Positions 27,643 to 37,513 of a DNA stretch of 64,000 nucleotides are shown here, one piece after another. Under the pieces are notes generated by a model. It was not told the origin of the DNA and made no database searches. It saw nothing but the letters and a program-made list of their open reading frames with translations. Each line of letters begins with the position of its first letter. Position 1 is the first letter of the stretch. The stretch is from NCBI GenBank assembly GCA_963702205.1, contig OY969724.1, positions 1,856,001 to 1,920,000 on the forward strand, written 5' to 3'. Position numbers and translations under genes: made by a program. Source of the DNA: an uncultured candidate division Zixibacteria bacterium (GTDB lineage Bacteria; Zixibacteria; MSB-5A5; GN15; PGXB01).

Positions 27643-27669
27643 TTATCGGCGTTTGGAGGCCAATTCTTA
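27643..27669 (-). promoter_or_regulatory. Sigma28-type promoter
   Basis: Minus strand TAAG-N15-GCCGATAA, 38 nt before ATG 27604. Confidence 0.65.
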
Positions 27670-27724
27670 ATCAAAGAGACGATTTATCTGATTCTGTAAG
27701 ATTAAATAATTTATGGACTTACAT

Positions 27725-27751
27725 AAAAAAGGCGGGTCTAAGTGACCCGCC
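27725..27751 (-). terminator. Intrinsic terminator after nifJ
   Basis: Minus strand GGCGGGTC-loop-GACCCGCC-TTTTTT. Confidence 0.85.
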
Positions 27752-27779
27752 CGATAAGAAATTGTGTAATCTCAGCCGT

Positions 27780-30700
27780 CTAAGCCTTAAACGCGCTGTA
27801 ATCCATCGCGGCCATTTGCTTGTAAATGCTGTAGCGACGGGTTGCTTCGGCCTGTGACTGCTCCAGCAGCATCTCCGCCCGCTCCGGCATACTGGCTTTG
27901 AGAGTGCGGAAACGTACCTCTTTATAGGCATAATCGGCGTAGCTGATGCTCGGCTCTTTGCAGTCTATTTGAAGCGGGTTTTTGCCCTGCTTGATCAGGT
28001 CGGGATTATAGCGATATAGCAGCCAGTGTCCGGAATTGACCGCCCGCTTTTGTTCGTCGAGGCCGTCTGACATATTGATGCCGTGCGCGATACAGTGCGA
28101 ATAGGCGATTATGATCGAAGGGCCGTCGTATTTTTCGGCTTCGACAAAGGCCCGGACCGTCTGATTGTGGCTGGCGCCCATCGCCACCTGGGCGATGTAG
28201 ATGTTGCCATAGGACATTAGCAGCATGCCCAGGTCTTTCTTGGGCATCGGCTTGCCGGCCGCAGCAAATTTGGCTACGGCACCTTTCGGCGAGGATTTCG
28301 ACATCTGGCCGCCGGTATTGGAATAGACTTCCGTATCCAGCACGAGGACGTTGACATTCTTGCCCGACGCCAGGACGTGGTCGAGACCGCCGAAGCCGAT
28401 GTCATAGGCCCAACCGTCACCACCGACCGCCCAGACTGATTTTTTTACGAGGTAGTCGGCAATTTCCATGAGACGGACGGTCTCCTGGTCTTTGTTTCCG
28501 GCCAGCTTTTTCTTGAGATCGGCCACCAGCTTGCGCTGTTGCTCGATTCCAGCCTGAACATGCTGATCGGTATTGCGGAAGTCATCGTACATTTCCGGCA
28601 CCAGTTTCTGCACCAGTTCATAGGCGTATTCGCTGAGCTTGTCAACCGTCAGCCTCATGCCCATAGCGAATTCGGAGTTATCTTCGAACAGCGAATTCGA
28701 CCAGGCCGGACCGAGACCGTCGGCGCGCTTGCAGTACGGAGTCGTGGGGAGGTTGCCGCCGTAAATGGACGAACAACCCGTGGCATTGCCCATGAGAGCC
28801 CTGTCACCGAACAACTGGGTCAGGAGCTTGACGTACGGTGTCTCGCCGCATCCGGCACAGGCTCCCGAGAATTCAAACAAAGGCTTGACCAGCTGGCTGC
28901 CCTTGGTGGTTTCGACATTGAACAACGACGGGTCGGTTTCCGGAAGGTCCAGGAAGAATGCGAAATTCTCGGCTTCCTGTTTCCTCAAAGGAATCTGAGG
29001 CCGCATGTAAACGGCTTTTACGCCGGTTTTGTGACCCTGCTCGTCTTTGCCTTCGACCGGGCACGACCGCACGCACAACTCACAACCGGTGCAATCTTCC
29101 GGAGCCGTTTGAAGCGTGAATTTCATTCCGGCAAATGCTTTGGTATTGGCGTCGACCGCCTTGAACGTCGGCGGGGCATCCTTAAGATATTTCTCGTCGT
29201 AGACTTTCATCCTGATCGCGGCGTGGGGGCAGACAATCGAGCAGATGCCGCATTGGATGCACAGCTCTTCATCCCAGACCGGAATATCAACGGCGATATT
29301 GCGCTTTTCGTACTGGGTTGTCCCGGTCGGGAATGTCCCATCGTCGGGCATGGCCGAAACCGGAATATCATCACCCTTGCCTTGAATAATGGCGGCCGTG
29401 ACGGTCTTGACGAAATCGGGAGCGTTGTCAGGAACGACCGGTGGCATGGTAATTTTGCTGGTTGCTTTATCGGGGTAGTTCACCTCGAAAATATTTTCGA
29501 CCGACACATCGACCGCCTGATGGTTCATCTTGACGACTTTCTCGCCCTTCTTGCCGTACGTCTTAACGATGGCGTTTTTGATGGCCGTTATGGCTTCGTC
29601 GCGGGGGAGAATGTCACTGATGACGAAGAAGGCGGTTTGCATGATCATATTGATGCGGGCGCCCAGTCCCAGATCTTTGGCGAGGGAGATGCCGTCGATA
29701 ACGTAGAATTTCAATTTCTTGTCGATAATCTGACGCTGCACTTCGACCGGCATTTTATCCCAGACTTCCTCGGGACCATAGGGACTGTTCAGGAGGAAAG
29801 TCCCGCCTTCGATTATATTCGAGAGCATGTCATATTTTTCCAAAAACGAGAAATTATGACAGGCGATAAATTTGGCTTTACGGATCAGATACGGGCGGCG
29901 GATCTCGCGCTTGCCGAAACGCAAATGCGAAACCGTGATCGCCCCGGCCTTTTTTGAATCGTAGACGAAATAGCCCTGAGCGTAATTATCCGTGTTCTCA
30001 CCGATAATCTTGATCGAGTTTTTATTGGCCCCGACGGTACCATCGGCCCCGAGCCCGTAAAACAGACCACGGAAAGTATCCGGGCCTTCAATGTCGAAGT
30101 CGTAATCGACGTCGAGGCTGGTGTTGGTGACGTCGTCGACAATACCGACCGTGAAGTGATTTTTCGGATTGTCATTCTTTAGATTGTCCAGCACGGCCCT
30201 GGCCATGGCCGGATTGAATTCCTTGGAACTCAAACCGTAGCGGCCGCCGACAATGACGGGATTCTCATTGAAGCGAGCGGTGCCGTCGGCGAGGCCTTCC
30301 CGGACGGCCGTCTGCACGTCGGTGTACAGCGGTTCACCGACCGAGCCCGGTTCCTTGGTGCGATCCAGCACGGCGATCCTTTTGACCGTCGCCGGTATCG
30401 CTTCGAGAAATGCCTTGACCGAAAACGGACGGTACAACCGGACTTTAAGCAAGCCGACTTTTTCGCCCTTTTCGACGAGGTACTCGACCGTCTCGTGCAT
30501 GGTTTCCGCACCCGAACCCATCATGATGACGATGCGTTCGGCTTCCGGGTGACCGATATAATCGAACAGGTGGTACTGACGTCCGACGACACCCGCGAAT
30601 TTGTCCATGACTTTCTGCACGACGTCGGGAGCATTCAGATAGTACTTATTGACCGTCTCGCGAGCCTGGAAGAATACGTCGGGGTTCTGCGATGATCCTT

Positions 30701-31397
30701 TGAGCGTGGGGTGGTCGGGGCTCAGCGAGCGGCGGCGATGGTCGAATATCAGGTTGTCGTCGAACATCTGCCGCATATCGTCGAAGGTAATTTCTTCTAC
30801 TTTCTGTTCTTCGTGCGACGTCCTGAATCCGTCGAAAAAGTGCACGAACGGGACGCGGCTTTCAAGAGCGGCGGCCGACGTGATCAGGGCCAGGTCCATT
30901 ACTTCCTGAATCGAGCCGGAGGCCATCAGGCCGAACCCGGTGGACCGGGTGGCCATGACGTCGGAATGGTCTCCGAAAATCGACAGCGCGTGCGTGGCGA
31001 CCGAACGGGCGGAGACGTGAAATACGGTCGACGTCATTTCGCCCGCGATTTTGAACATGTTGGGGATCATCAGGAGCAGTCCCTGAGAAGCCGTGAAGGT
31101 GGTTGTCAAACCACCGGCGGTAGTGGCACCATGGATGGCGCCCGAGGCGCCTCCTTCGGACTGCATTTCGACTACGGTTGGAATCGTTCCCCAGATATTT
31201 TTTTGTCCGGCGGCGGATTTTTCGTCCGATATTTCACCCATCCCCGATGACGGTGTGATCGGGTAAATGGCTATTACTTCACTTACCGCGTGAGCTACGT
31301 AGGCGGCGGCGGAGTTTCCGTCGATCGTGACCAGTCGGCGCTGCCCGGTGTTTTTGCCGTTTATTTTTTTCTCAGCGGTTTTTGTTTCGCTTGCCAT
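27780..31397 (-). CDS. nifJ: Pyruvate:ferredoxin (flavodoxin) oxidoreductase, single-chain
   Basis: YPITPS, GADGTVGANKN, two CxxCxxCxxxCP motifs, GACAGCGE, GDGWAYDIG. Confidence 0.97.
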   Translation of the reverse strand: MASETKTAEKKINGKNTGQRRLVTIDGNSAAAYVAHAVSEVIAIYPITPSSGMGEISDEKSAAGQKNIWGTIPTVVEMQSEGGASGAIHGATTAGGLTTTFTASQGLLLMIPNMFKIAGEMTSTVFHVSARSVATHALSIFGDHSDVMATRSTGFGLMASGSIQEVMDLALITSAAALESRVPFVHFFDGFRTSHEEQKVEEITFDDMRQMFDDNLIFDHRRRSLSPDHPTLKGSSQNPDVFFQARETVNKYYLNAPDVVQKVMDKFAGVVGRQYHLFDYIGHPEAERIVIMMGSGAETMHETVEYLVEKGEKVGLLKVRLYRPFSVKAFLEAIPATVKRIAVLDRTKEPGSVGEPLYTDVQTAVREGLADGTARFNENPVIVGGRYGLSSKEFNPAMARAVLDNLKNDNPKNHFTVGIVDDVTNTSLDVDYDFDIEGPDTFRGLFYGLGADGTVGANKNSIKIIGENTDNYAQGYFVYDSKKAGAITVSHLRFGKREIRRPYLIRKAKFIACHNFSFLEKYDMLSNIIEGGTFLLNSPYGPEEVWDKMPVEVQRQIIDKKLKFYVIDGISLAKDLGLGARINMIMQTAFFVISDILPRDEAITAIKNAIVKTYGKKGEKVVKMNHQAVDVSVENIFEVNYPDKATSKITMPPVVPDNAPDFVKTVTAAIIQGKGDDIPVSAMPDDGTFPTGTTQYEKRNIAVDIPVWDEELCIQCGICSIVCPHAAIRMKVYDEKYLKDAPPTFKAVDANTKAFAGMKFTLQTAPEDCTGCELCVRSCPVEGKDEQGHKTGVKAVYMRPQIPLRKQEAENFAFFLDLPETDPSLFNVETTKGSQLVKPLFEFSGACAGCGETPYVKLLTQLFGDRALMGNATGCSSIYGGNLPTTPYCKRADGLGPAWSNSLFEDNSEFAMGMRLTVDKLSEYAYELVQKLVPEMYDDFRNTDQHVQAGIEQQRKLVADLKKKLAGNKDQETVRLMEIADYLVKKSVWAVGGDGWAYDIGFGGLDHVLASGKNVNVLVLDTEVYSNTGGQMSKSSPKGAVAKFAAAGKPMPKKDLGMLLMSYGNIYIAQVAMGASHNQTVRAFVEAEKYDGPSIIIAYSHCIAHGINMSDGLDEQKRAVNSGHWLLYRYNPDLIKQGKNPLQIDCKEPSISYADYAYKEVRFRTLKASMPERAEMLLEQSQAEATRRYSIYKQMAAMDYSAFKA

Positions 31398-31447
31398 GAT
31401 ATATCTCCGGTAAAATTACTTTATCAATAAGTTGTACTGATTTTCCA

Positions 31448-32002
31448 TCAAGTTGTTCGAGGCAGCGTGATAAACTTCTGCCCCTGATATTTGCCTTTAC
31501 GATCTTTGTATGACACTTTACATATTTCATCGGCTCCCAGAAAGATAATCTGAGCGATCCCCTCGTTGGCGTAAATCCTGGCCGGCAGCGGAGTCGTGTT
31601 GGAAATTTCGAGGGTAGCGTGCCCTTCCCATTCCGGCTCGAACGGAGTCACGTTGACGATAATGCCGCACCGGGCGTAGGTCGATTTGCCGAGGCAGATG
31701 GTTATTACTTCACGCGGTATTTTGAAATATTCCACGGAGCGCGCCAGAGCGAAAGAATTCGGGGGGACCAGAATGGATTTGGCTTTTACGTCAACGAAGG
31801 ATTCGGTCGAAAAATTCTTGGGGTCGATTACCTCGGAGTTGACGTTGGTGAAGATTTTAAATTCGTTGGCGACCCGGATATCGTAACCGTAGGACGATAA
31901 ACCGTAGCTGACGCCTTTTTTGACCAGTTTGGACGAAAAAGGTTTGATCATGGCGTGTTTGGTGGACATTTCCTGTATCCAGCGATCGGATTTAACCGGC
32001 AT
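31448..32002 (-). CDS. dcd: dCTP deaminase
   Basis: [49 protein letters not shown] before ATG 32002. Confidence 0.95.
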   Translation of the reverse strand: MPVKSDRWIQEMSTKHAMIKPFSSKLVKKGVSYGLSSYGYDIRVANEFKIFTNVNSEVIDPKNFSTESFVDVKAKSILVPPNSFALARSVEYFKIPREVITICLGKSTYARCGIIVNVTPFEPEWEGHATLEISNTTPLPARIYANEGIAQIIFLGADEICKVSYKDRKGKYQGQKFITLPRTT

Positions 32003-32077
32003 TATTCTCCTCCATGTGCATAACCGTTTAATATCATGCACTTATTACGGCTAAGTTGCGGCCCAAAGCAAAAATTC

Positions 32078-32509
32078 TTAGGTCGACTTTTTGACGCTCT
32101 GCTCTCCCTGCCGACGCATCATATCGTCGATTGAATATTCATCGAAGACTGCCATCAGTTTGGATTCGGCTTGTTTCAATACGTCGCGAACCGGGCAGAA
32201 CTCGGATTTGGGACAATCGTTCGGATGTTTCAAGCATTTGGCAAGGCTGTACGGTCCCTGAATGGCCTCAATAATCTGACGGGCGGAAACTTCTTCGGGA
32301 TTGCTAATCATGCTAAAACCGCCGCGAATGCCTCGATGTGACCTGACGATCCCGGCCCGGGTCAGGTTCTGGAATATTTTGGCCAGAAATTTTTCCGGCA
32401 CGTCTTCAGCCTTCGCGATTTCGGACAAAGGAACGACTTTATCTTCGCCAGCCCGGGCAAGGTAGATAACTCCTCGCAAGCCATATGATTCGGCCTTCGT
32501 AAACTGCAT
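32078..32509 (-). CDS. Rrf2 family transcriptional regulator with three Cys (probable Fe-S)
   Basis: YGLRG...FLAKIFQNL...SHRGIRGGF and C-x6-C-x5-C. Confidence 0.92.
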   Translation of the reverse strand: MQFTKAESYGLRGVIYLARAGEDKVVPLSEIAKAEDVPEKFLAKIFQNLTRAGIVRSHRGIRGGFSMISNPEEVSARQIIEAIQGPYSLAKCLKHPNDCPKSEFCPVRDVLKQAESKLMAVFDEYSIDDMMRRQGEQSVKKST

Positions 32510-32583
32510 CTTTCCGTCCTCCCCTGTTGCCGGTTCATTTTATTGTCCGGCCGTTGTCAAAAGGCGGTACTTCACCGTTGATG

Positions 32584-32612
32584 AAAATAGAGCGAAAAGC
32601 GGATAATGTCAA
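32584..32612 (-). promoter_or_regulatory. Sigma70-type promoter for the rrf2-dcd-nifJ genes
   Basis: Minus strand TTGACA-N17-TATTTT. Confidence 0.6.
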
Positions 32613-32740
32613 TATTCTTTATGTTATTTTTTTCACAAATTACCTGCCTTTTTCTGTTGCCTTTCTTGATGATTTGCCCGTAAATGCTAAGTAGATTATT
32701 ACAATGATTGACAAGTACAGCGTTTTATTTTGCTTTTGAA

Positions 32741-35423
32741 ATGAAATTAAAATCGACCAAATCGACCCTCACGGCTTATTCTTCAGATGGCTCCATTTAT
32801 GCCGTCGAACCGCGCCAGATTCGTCAGATTGAATCTGTCGATGAAATAATCACAGCCATCGTCGAAGCGAGACAAGATGGGATTTCCGTTACGGCCCGGG
32901 GAGGGGGAACCGGTCTTGCGGGAGGAGCCGTCGGCAGCGGTATAATCCTCGATTTCGGGAAATTTGATGAAATAGAGAAAATCGATACGGCGACCAACAC
33001 CGTGACGACTCGGGTTGGGGTACTCTATGAAGAATTGAACCTGGCTTTGCGGCCTCATGGGCTGTTTTTCCCGCCGGATCCGTCGTCCGGCGATTCCTGC
33101 CAGTTAGGCGGGATGCTGGCGAATAATTCATCGGGGCCGAGATCGGTCAAATATGGTCTGACATCGGACTTCGTGGAAGAAATGGAAGTGGTTCTGTCCG
33201 ATGGCCGGAAAGCCCGGTTGAAGAAATTCAAAATTGATTCCGATGAGTTGAACGGATTCTTTGCCGATTTCCCTCAATTCCAGAAAGTTTATAATCTGTT
33301 CCGCGAAAATTCAGGCCTGATTAAAAATAGATGGCCGAATCTCAAGAAAAACTCGGCCGGATACAATCTCAAACAGGTGATCGATGATTTCGAGCGAGGA
33401 ATTTTTAACATACCGGCACTGCTTGTCGGTTCTGAAGGCACACTTGGTGTGTTCGCTAAAGCCAGGCTGAGACTTTTGCCGCTGCCCGAAAAGGTCTTGA
33501 CGATACGCCTGTATTTTAAGTCGCTGGTCGATGCCGGGAGAGCGGTGATGCCAATTAAATCGCTCAGTCCGGCCTGTCTGGAAATAGTCGATGGCTCGAC
33601 TCTCGATTTGATTGGCCGCGAAAAGCACGGACTTCCCAAAGAAGCGGCCGCGCTGTTACTGGTAGAGTTTGACGAGGATATCTCCGCCCAAAAGGATGCC
33701 TTCGAAATGATCGCCGGGTCACTGAACCTGATTTTTCCTCCGGAGTATGCCCACGACCCGGAAAAGACCGCGGCACTATGGAAAGCGCGCAAGGCTATCG
33801 TGCCGACGCTGTACCGTCACCACCCGAAACGCCGCCCGCTGGCTATCATCGAAGACGTCTCTCTGCCGCCCGACCAGGTGCCGCCGTTTATCGAGTACGT
33901 GACCGAATTGTTCAACAATCACGGCCTGACATTCGGGATTTTCGGTCACATCGGCGACGGCAACCTGCATTTGCGGCCGCTCCTGGACCTGAATGACGCC
34001 GCCGATATGGAGCTGGCTAAAAGGCTGTATGATCAAGTCTATGAAAAAGTAATCAATCTGGGTGGGTCGACCACCGCCGAACACGCCGACGGTCGTCTAA
34101 GAACCCCGATGGTGCGGCAATTGTACGGTGCAAAAATCCATGACGTATTCGTGCAGATCAAGAATATTCTCGATCCCGACCGCGTTCTTTCGCCGCATAA
34201 TATAACCGGTGAAGCAGCTTTCACCGATGAAATCGACTTCGAGAAAATCAAGTCGGTACTGCGCCGCCTGCGGCAAGTGCAACGGTTATTGTCCGGCCTA
34301 CGATATCTTCCGGCGCGAGGACCTGTCACCCCGGGGCTGGCTGCGCATGATCAATCAATCCGGAGCCGACCGGGCCGAACTGATGCACTATCTGTCGTAC
34401 TGCCTGAACTGCAAGAACTGCGCGACCGTCTGTCCGGCCGGAGTCGATATCGCCGCCGAGATAATAGAATTCAAAAGCCGACAACCGGGGGAAATATCGA
34501 AGGTTATAATAGCCGGGGTGGATTATCAACCGCTGTTTAATCTGGCGCTGACGATCGGCCGGTTCATGCAGCCTGTGACCAGCAGCGAGTTCGGAAAGAA
34601 AATGGCCGCTATCCCGGCCGGTCCGATGTTCGGCTGGGATAAAACAATTGCGCTGCCGCAGATTGCCCCGAGGCCACTCCGTAAAAGATTCGCCGACCGG
34701 GTTGGAACATCGGGTGAAGTGGCCTTCTTCCACGGCTGCGCCGACAACTGGTTCGAGTCGAACGTCGGTGAGGCGCTGTTCAAAGTCTTCGACCGGCTCG
34801 GCATAGACCTCAAAATTCCCGAGCAGAAGTGCTGCGGTCTGCCGATGGAAGTGTACGGCCATCGTGATAATCTGATTTCAAAGGCGAAATACAATATCGA
34901 CCGGTTGGAAAATTTCTCGGCGGTCATCAGCGGCTGTGCTTCGTGCCTGCATAAACTGCAGGAATATGCCGAACTTTTAAAAGATGATCCCGAGTATGGA
35001 CCCAAAGCCGCGAATCTCGCCGGGCGGTGTTTCGATATAAGCCAGTATCTGAATGTGAGGAATATTGATCTATCGCAATTCGAGAAAGACAACAAACTCC
35101 GGGTCACGTATCACAATCCCTGTCATCTAAGGGCGGCCGGGCTGCACAAAGAGCCGGAAAAGCTACTGGGCAAATTAAAAAACGTCGAAATAATCGCGCC
35201 GCTGCACGCCGACCGCTGCTGCGGACAGGCGGGATCGTACGGTTACACACATTTTCGCGAGGGCAAGCGCATATTCGAAAAGAAAAAATATGCCTACGAG
35301 GACATCGAAGCCGATTACCTGATGACCTCCTGCCCGGCGTGTCAGATGAAAATCAGGTCGGAACTTAACGGCCGTTTCAAGGTTGTTCATCCCATAGAGA
35401 TACTGGCGGATTTGCTGAACTAA
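32741..35423 (+). CDS. FAD-linked oxidoreductase fused to 4Fe-4S and CCG domains (D-lactate/glycolate dehydrogenase-like), split by an apparent +1 frameshift at 34255-34256
   Basis: RGGGTGLAG, PDPSS, GSEGTLG, GHIGDGNLH, AEHADG. The other frame has CAACGKCNGYCP, CLNCKNCATVCP and two CCG motifs. Confidence 0.88.
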
Positions 35424-35446
35424 AAAGATTTTGCGAGGGGAATAAT

Positions 35447-36001
35447 ATGGCCGAGGACTTCAAGGAAATAAAAGAAAAAGGACTGCTGGTCGTGTATACC
35501 GGTAATGGTAAAGGCAAGACGACGGCGGCGCTGGGCATGACGGTCCGCGCGGTCGGCTATGACTGGAAAGTCTGTATCGTGCAATTCATTAAAGGAAGCT
35601 GGAAGTATGGCGAGCTTGACGGCATTAAAAAGCTGGCGCCGAACGTGGAACTGAACGTCATGGGGCAGGGGTTTGTCGGGATTGTCGACGACGATAAACC
35701 GTTCGAGGATCACCGCACCGCCGCCAAGAAGGCGTTCGAAGCGGCCCGGGAGAAGATGCTTTCCGGGAAATATCAACTCATTATTCTCGATGAATTGAAC
35801 GTGGCCGTTTCACTGGGACTGATATCCGATGACGAACTGCACGAACTGATCGAACAAAAGCCGGAGATGCTGCACCTGGTCATTACCGGTCGCGGCGCGA
35901 CCCAGTGGTTGATCGACAAGGCCGATCTGGTCACGGAAATGACAGAGATCAAGCACCCGTACCAAAAAGGTATCCTGGCCCAGAAGGGTGTCGACTTTTA
36001 G
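35447..36001 (+). CDS. cobO: Cob(I)alamin adenosyltransferase CobO/BtuR
   Basis: YTGNGKGKTTAA, QFIKG, LDE, ITGR, ADLVTEM, KHP. Confidence 0.95.
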   Translation: MAEDFKEIKEKGLLVVYTGNGKGKTTAALGMTVRAVGYDWKVCIVQFIKGSWKYGELDGIKKLAPNVELNVMGQGFVGIVDDDKPFEDHRTAAKKAFEAAREKMLSGKYQLIILDELNVAVSLGLISDDELHELIEQKPEMLHLVITGRGATQWLIDKADLVTEMTEIKHPYQKGILAQKGVDF

Positions 36002-36111
36002 GTTTGACCACTATAAAAATCCTTGATAAGATCCCGCGGAACCAATATTATTCAATCTTGTTGTTAATATAGCTTATAAGAGACCATTTGACCCATTATG
36101 AGGGAGCGACA

Positions 36112-37041
36112 ATGGCGGAGAAAAATTACGATATAGTGGTAATCGGGGGCGGACCGGGCGGACTCACGGCCGGTATGTATGGCGCTCGGGCGAAAATGAA
36201 AACGGTCCTGCTGGAAAAATATCTCCCCGGCGGACAGATCGCCAATACCGAAGAAGTTGAAGATTATCCGGGTTTCGAACTGATATCCGGCGCCGAACTG
36301 GCTACGAAAATGGCCGACCACGCCAAAAAATTCGGTCTGGAAATTGTCTCCGATGAAGTTAAAGAAGTATACAACGAAGGTGAAGATCGCATTGTCTTGG
36401 CCGCTTCCGGTGATATCTATCGGGCCAAAGCGGTCATCGTGTCGACCGGCGGTTCGCCGACCCTTCTCAATGTCCCCGGTGAAAAAGAATTTACGGGTAA
36501 AGGGGTTTCATACTGCGCCATCTGCGACGCGAACTTCTTCAAGGGTGAAATTATCGCGGTTGCCGGCGGGGGAGACGCCGCCGTCGAAGAGGGAATGTTC
36601 CTGACCAAATTCGGCAGCAAAGTCATACTGATACATCGCCGCGATGAACTCCGAGCCCAGAAAGTTATTCAGGATCGAGCTTTTAAGAACAACAAAATGG
36701 AATTCCTCTGGGATACGGTGGTCGAGGCGATTGAAGGTGACAACAAGGTGCGGAAACTCTCCCTCAAGAATGTCAAGACCGGAGAAAAATCGACGCTTGA
36801 CGTCGGGGCGATATTTATCTTCATCGGTTTCCACCCCAATTCCAACATTTTCCGCGAGGAAATCAAGAAGGACTCCAGCGGTTATATCATCACCGACGAC
36901 AAAATGGAAACGTCGATCAAAGGCATATATGCCTGCGGCGACGTCCGGCATCAGCTGGTGCGCCAGATTACCAACGCCGTGGGTGACGGCACAACCGCCG
37001 CCATGGCCGCCGAGAAATATATCGAATCGATGCACGAGTAG
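36112..37041 (+). CDS. trxB: Thioredoxin-disulfide reductase
   Basis: GGGPGG, GVSYCAICD, GGGDAA, HRRD, GD. Confidence 0.95.
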   Translation: MAEKNYDIVVIGGGPGGLTAGMYGARAKMKTVLLEKYLPGGQIANTEEVEDYPGFELISGAELATKMADHAKKFGLEIVSDEVKEVYNEGEDRIVLAASGDIYRAKAVIVSTGGSPTLLNVPGEKEFTGKGVSYCAICDANFFKGEIIAVAGGGDAAVEEGMFLTKFGSKVILIHRRDELRAQKVIQDRAFKNNKMEFLWDTVVEAIEGDNKVRKLSLKNVKTGEKSTLDVGAIFIFIGFHPNSNIFREEIKKDSSGYIITDDKMETSIKGIYACGDVRHQLVRQITNAVGDGTTAAMAAEKYIESMHE

Positions 37042-37063
37042 GCCAATAAACCGTAGCCACTGG

Positions 37064-37090
37064 AAAAAGCCCCGATCCGGGGCTTTTTTT
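37064..37090 (+). terminator. Intrinsic terminator
   Basis: AAAAAGCCCCG-ATC-CGGGGCTTTTTTT. Confidence 0.85.
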
Positions 37091-37311
37091 ATCATGGTCT
37101 TTGCGATAATGTTGCATGTATTTGCAATATTGGATTTATCAGATTGTCCGACTATATCGGGGCAAACTTTGCGCAATCAATGAATTAATTGTTGTCAAAC
37201 TGGATAGGGAGGTGGGCATTGACTATATTGTATTATACTGACTTATGGGCATATTACTTGCATTGGAGAATACGGGTCTAAGAACATTAAGACCTTAGAG
37301 TTGTTAGAGAT

Positions 37312-37383
37312 ATAGGGAGTGGTGTGTGCTGTTTACAGCCACCTGACGTTAGAGTCGGGCATCCCCCCTCCACCACTCCCTAT
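37312..37383. repeat. 13-bp perfect inverted repeat enclosing two small hairpins
   Basis: ATAGGGAGTGGTG ... CACCACTCCCTAT, with internal GCTG-TTTA-CAGC and CCTGAC-N6-GTCGGG. Confidence 0.7.
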
Positions 37384-37401
37384 TATTTTATCCGCCCAAT
37401 C

Positions 37402-37428
37402 TAATTTTATCCCCGGCATTGCCGATAA
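37402..37428 (+). promoter_or_regulatory. Sigma28-type promoter
   Basis: TAAT-N15-GCCGATAA upstream of 37514. Confidence 0.6.
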
Positions 37429-37513
37429 CTTCACAAAGTACTTATTGACAGCCAAACGAGAACCCCTGCCCTGCCTTAAAGTTATGGACGGGTTACCCTG
37501 AGAACGGACCAAA

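Noticed and set aside
28539..29957. 472-aa ORF antisense to nifJ
   Set aside because: Same shadow effect inside a highly conserved gene.
37312..37375. Possible tRNA (structure ending in CCACCA)
   Set aside because: No TTC T-loop, D-loop or anticodon arm; the CCA is part of the inverted repeat.
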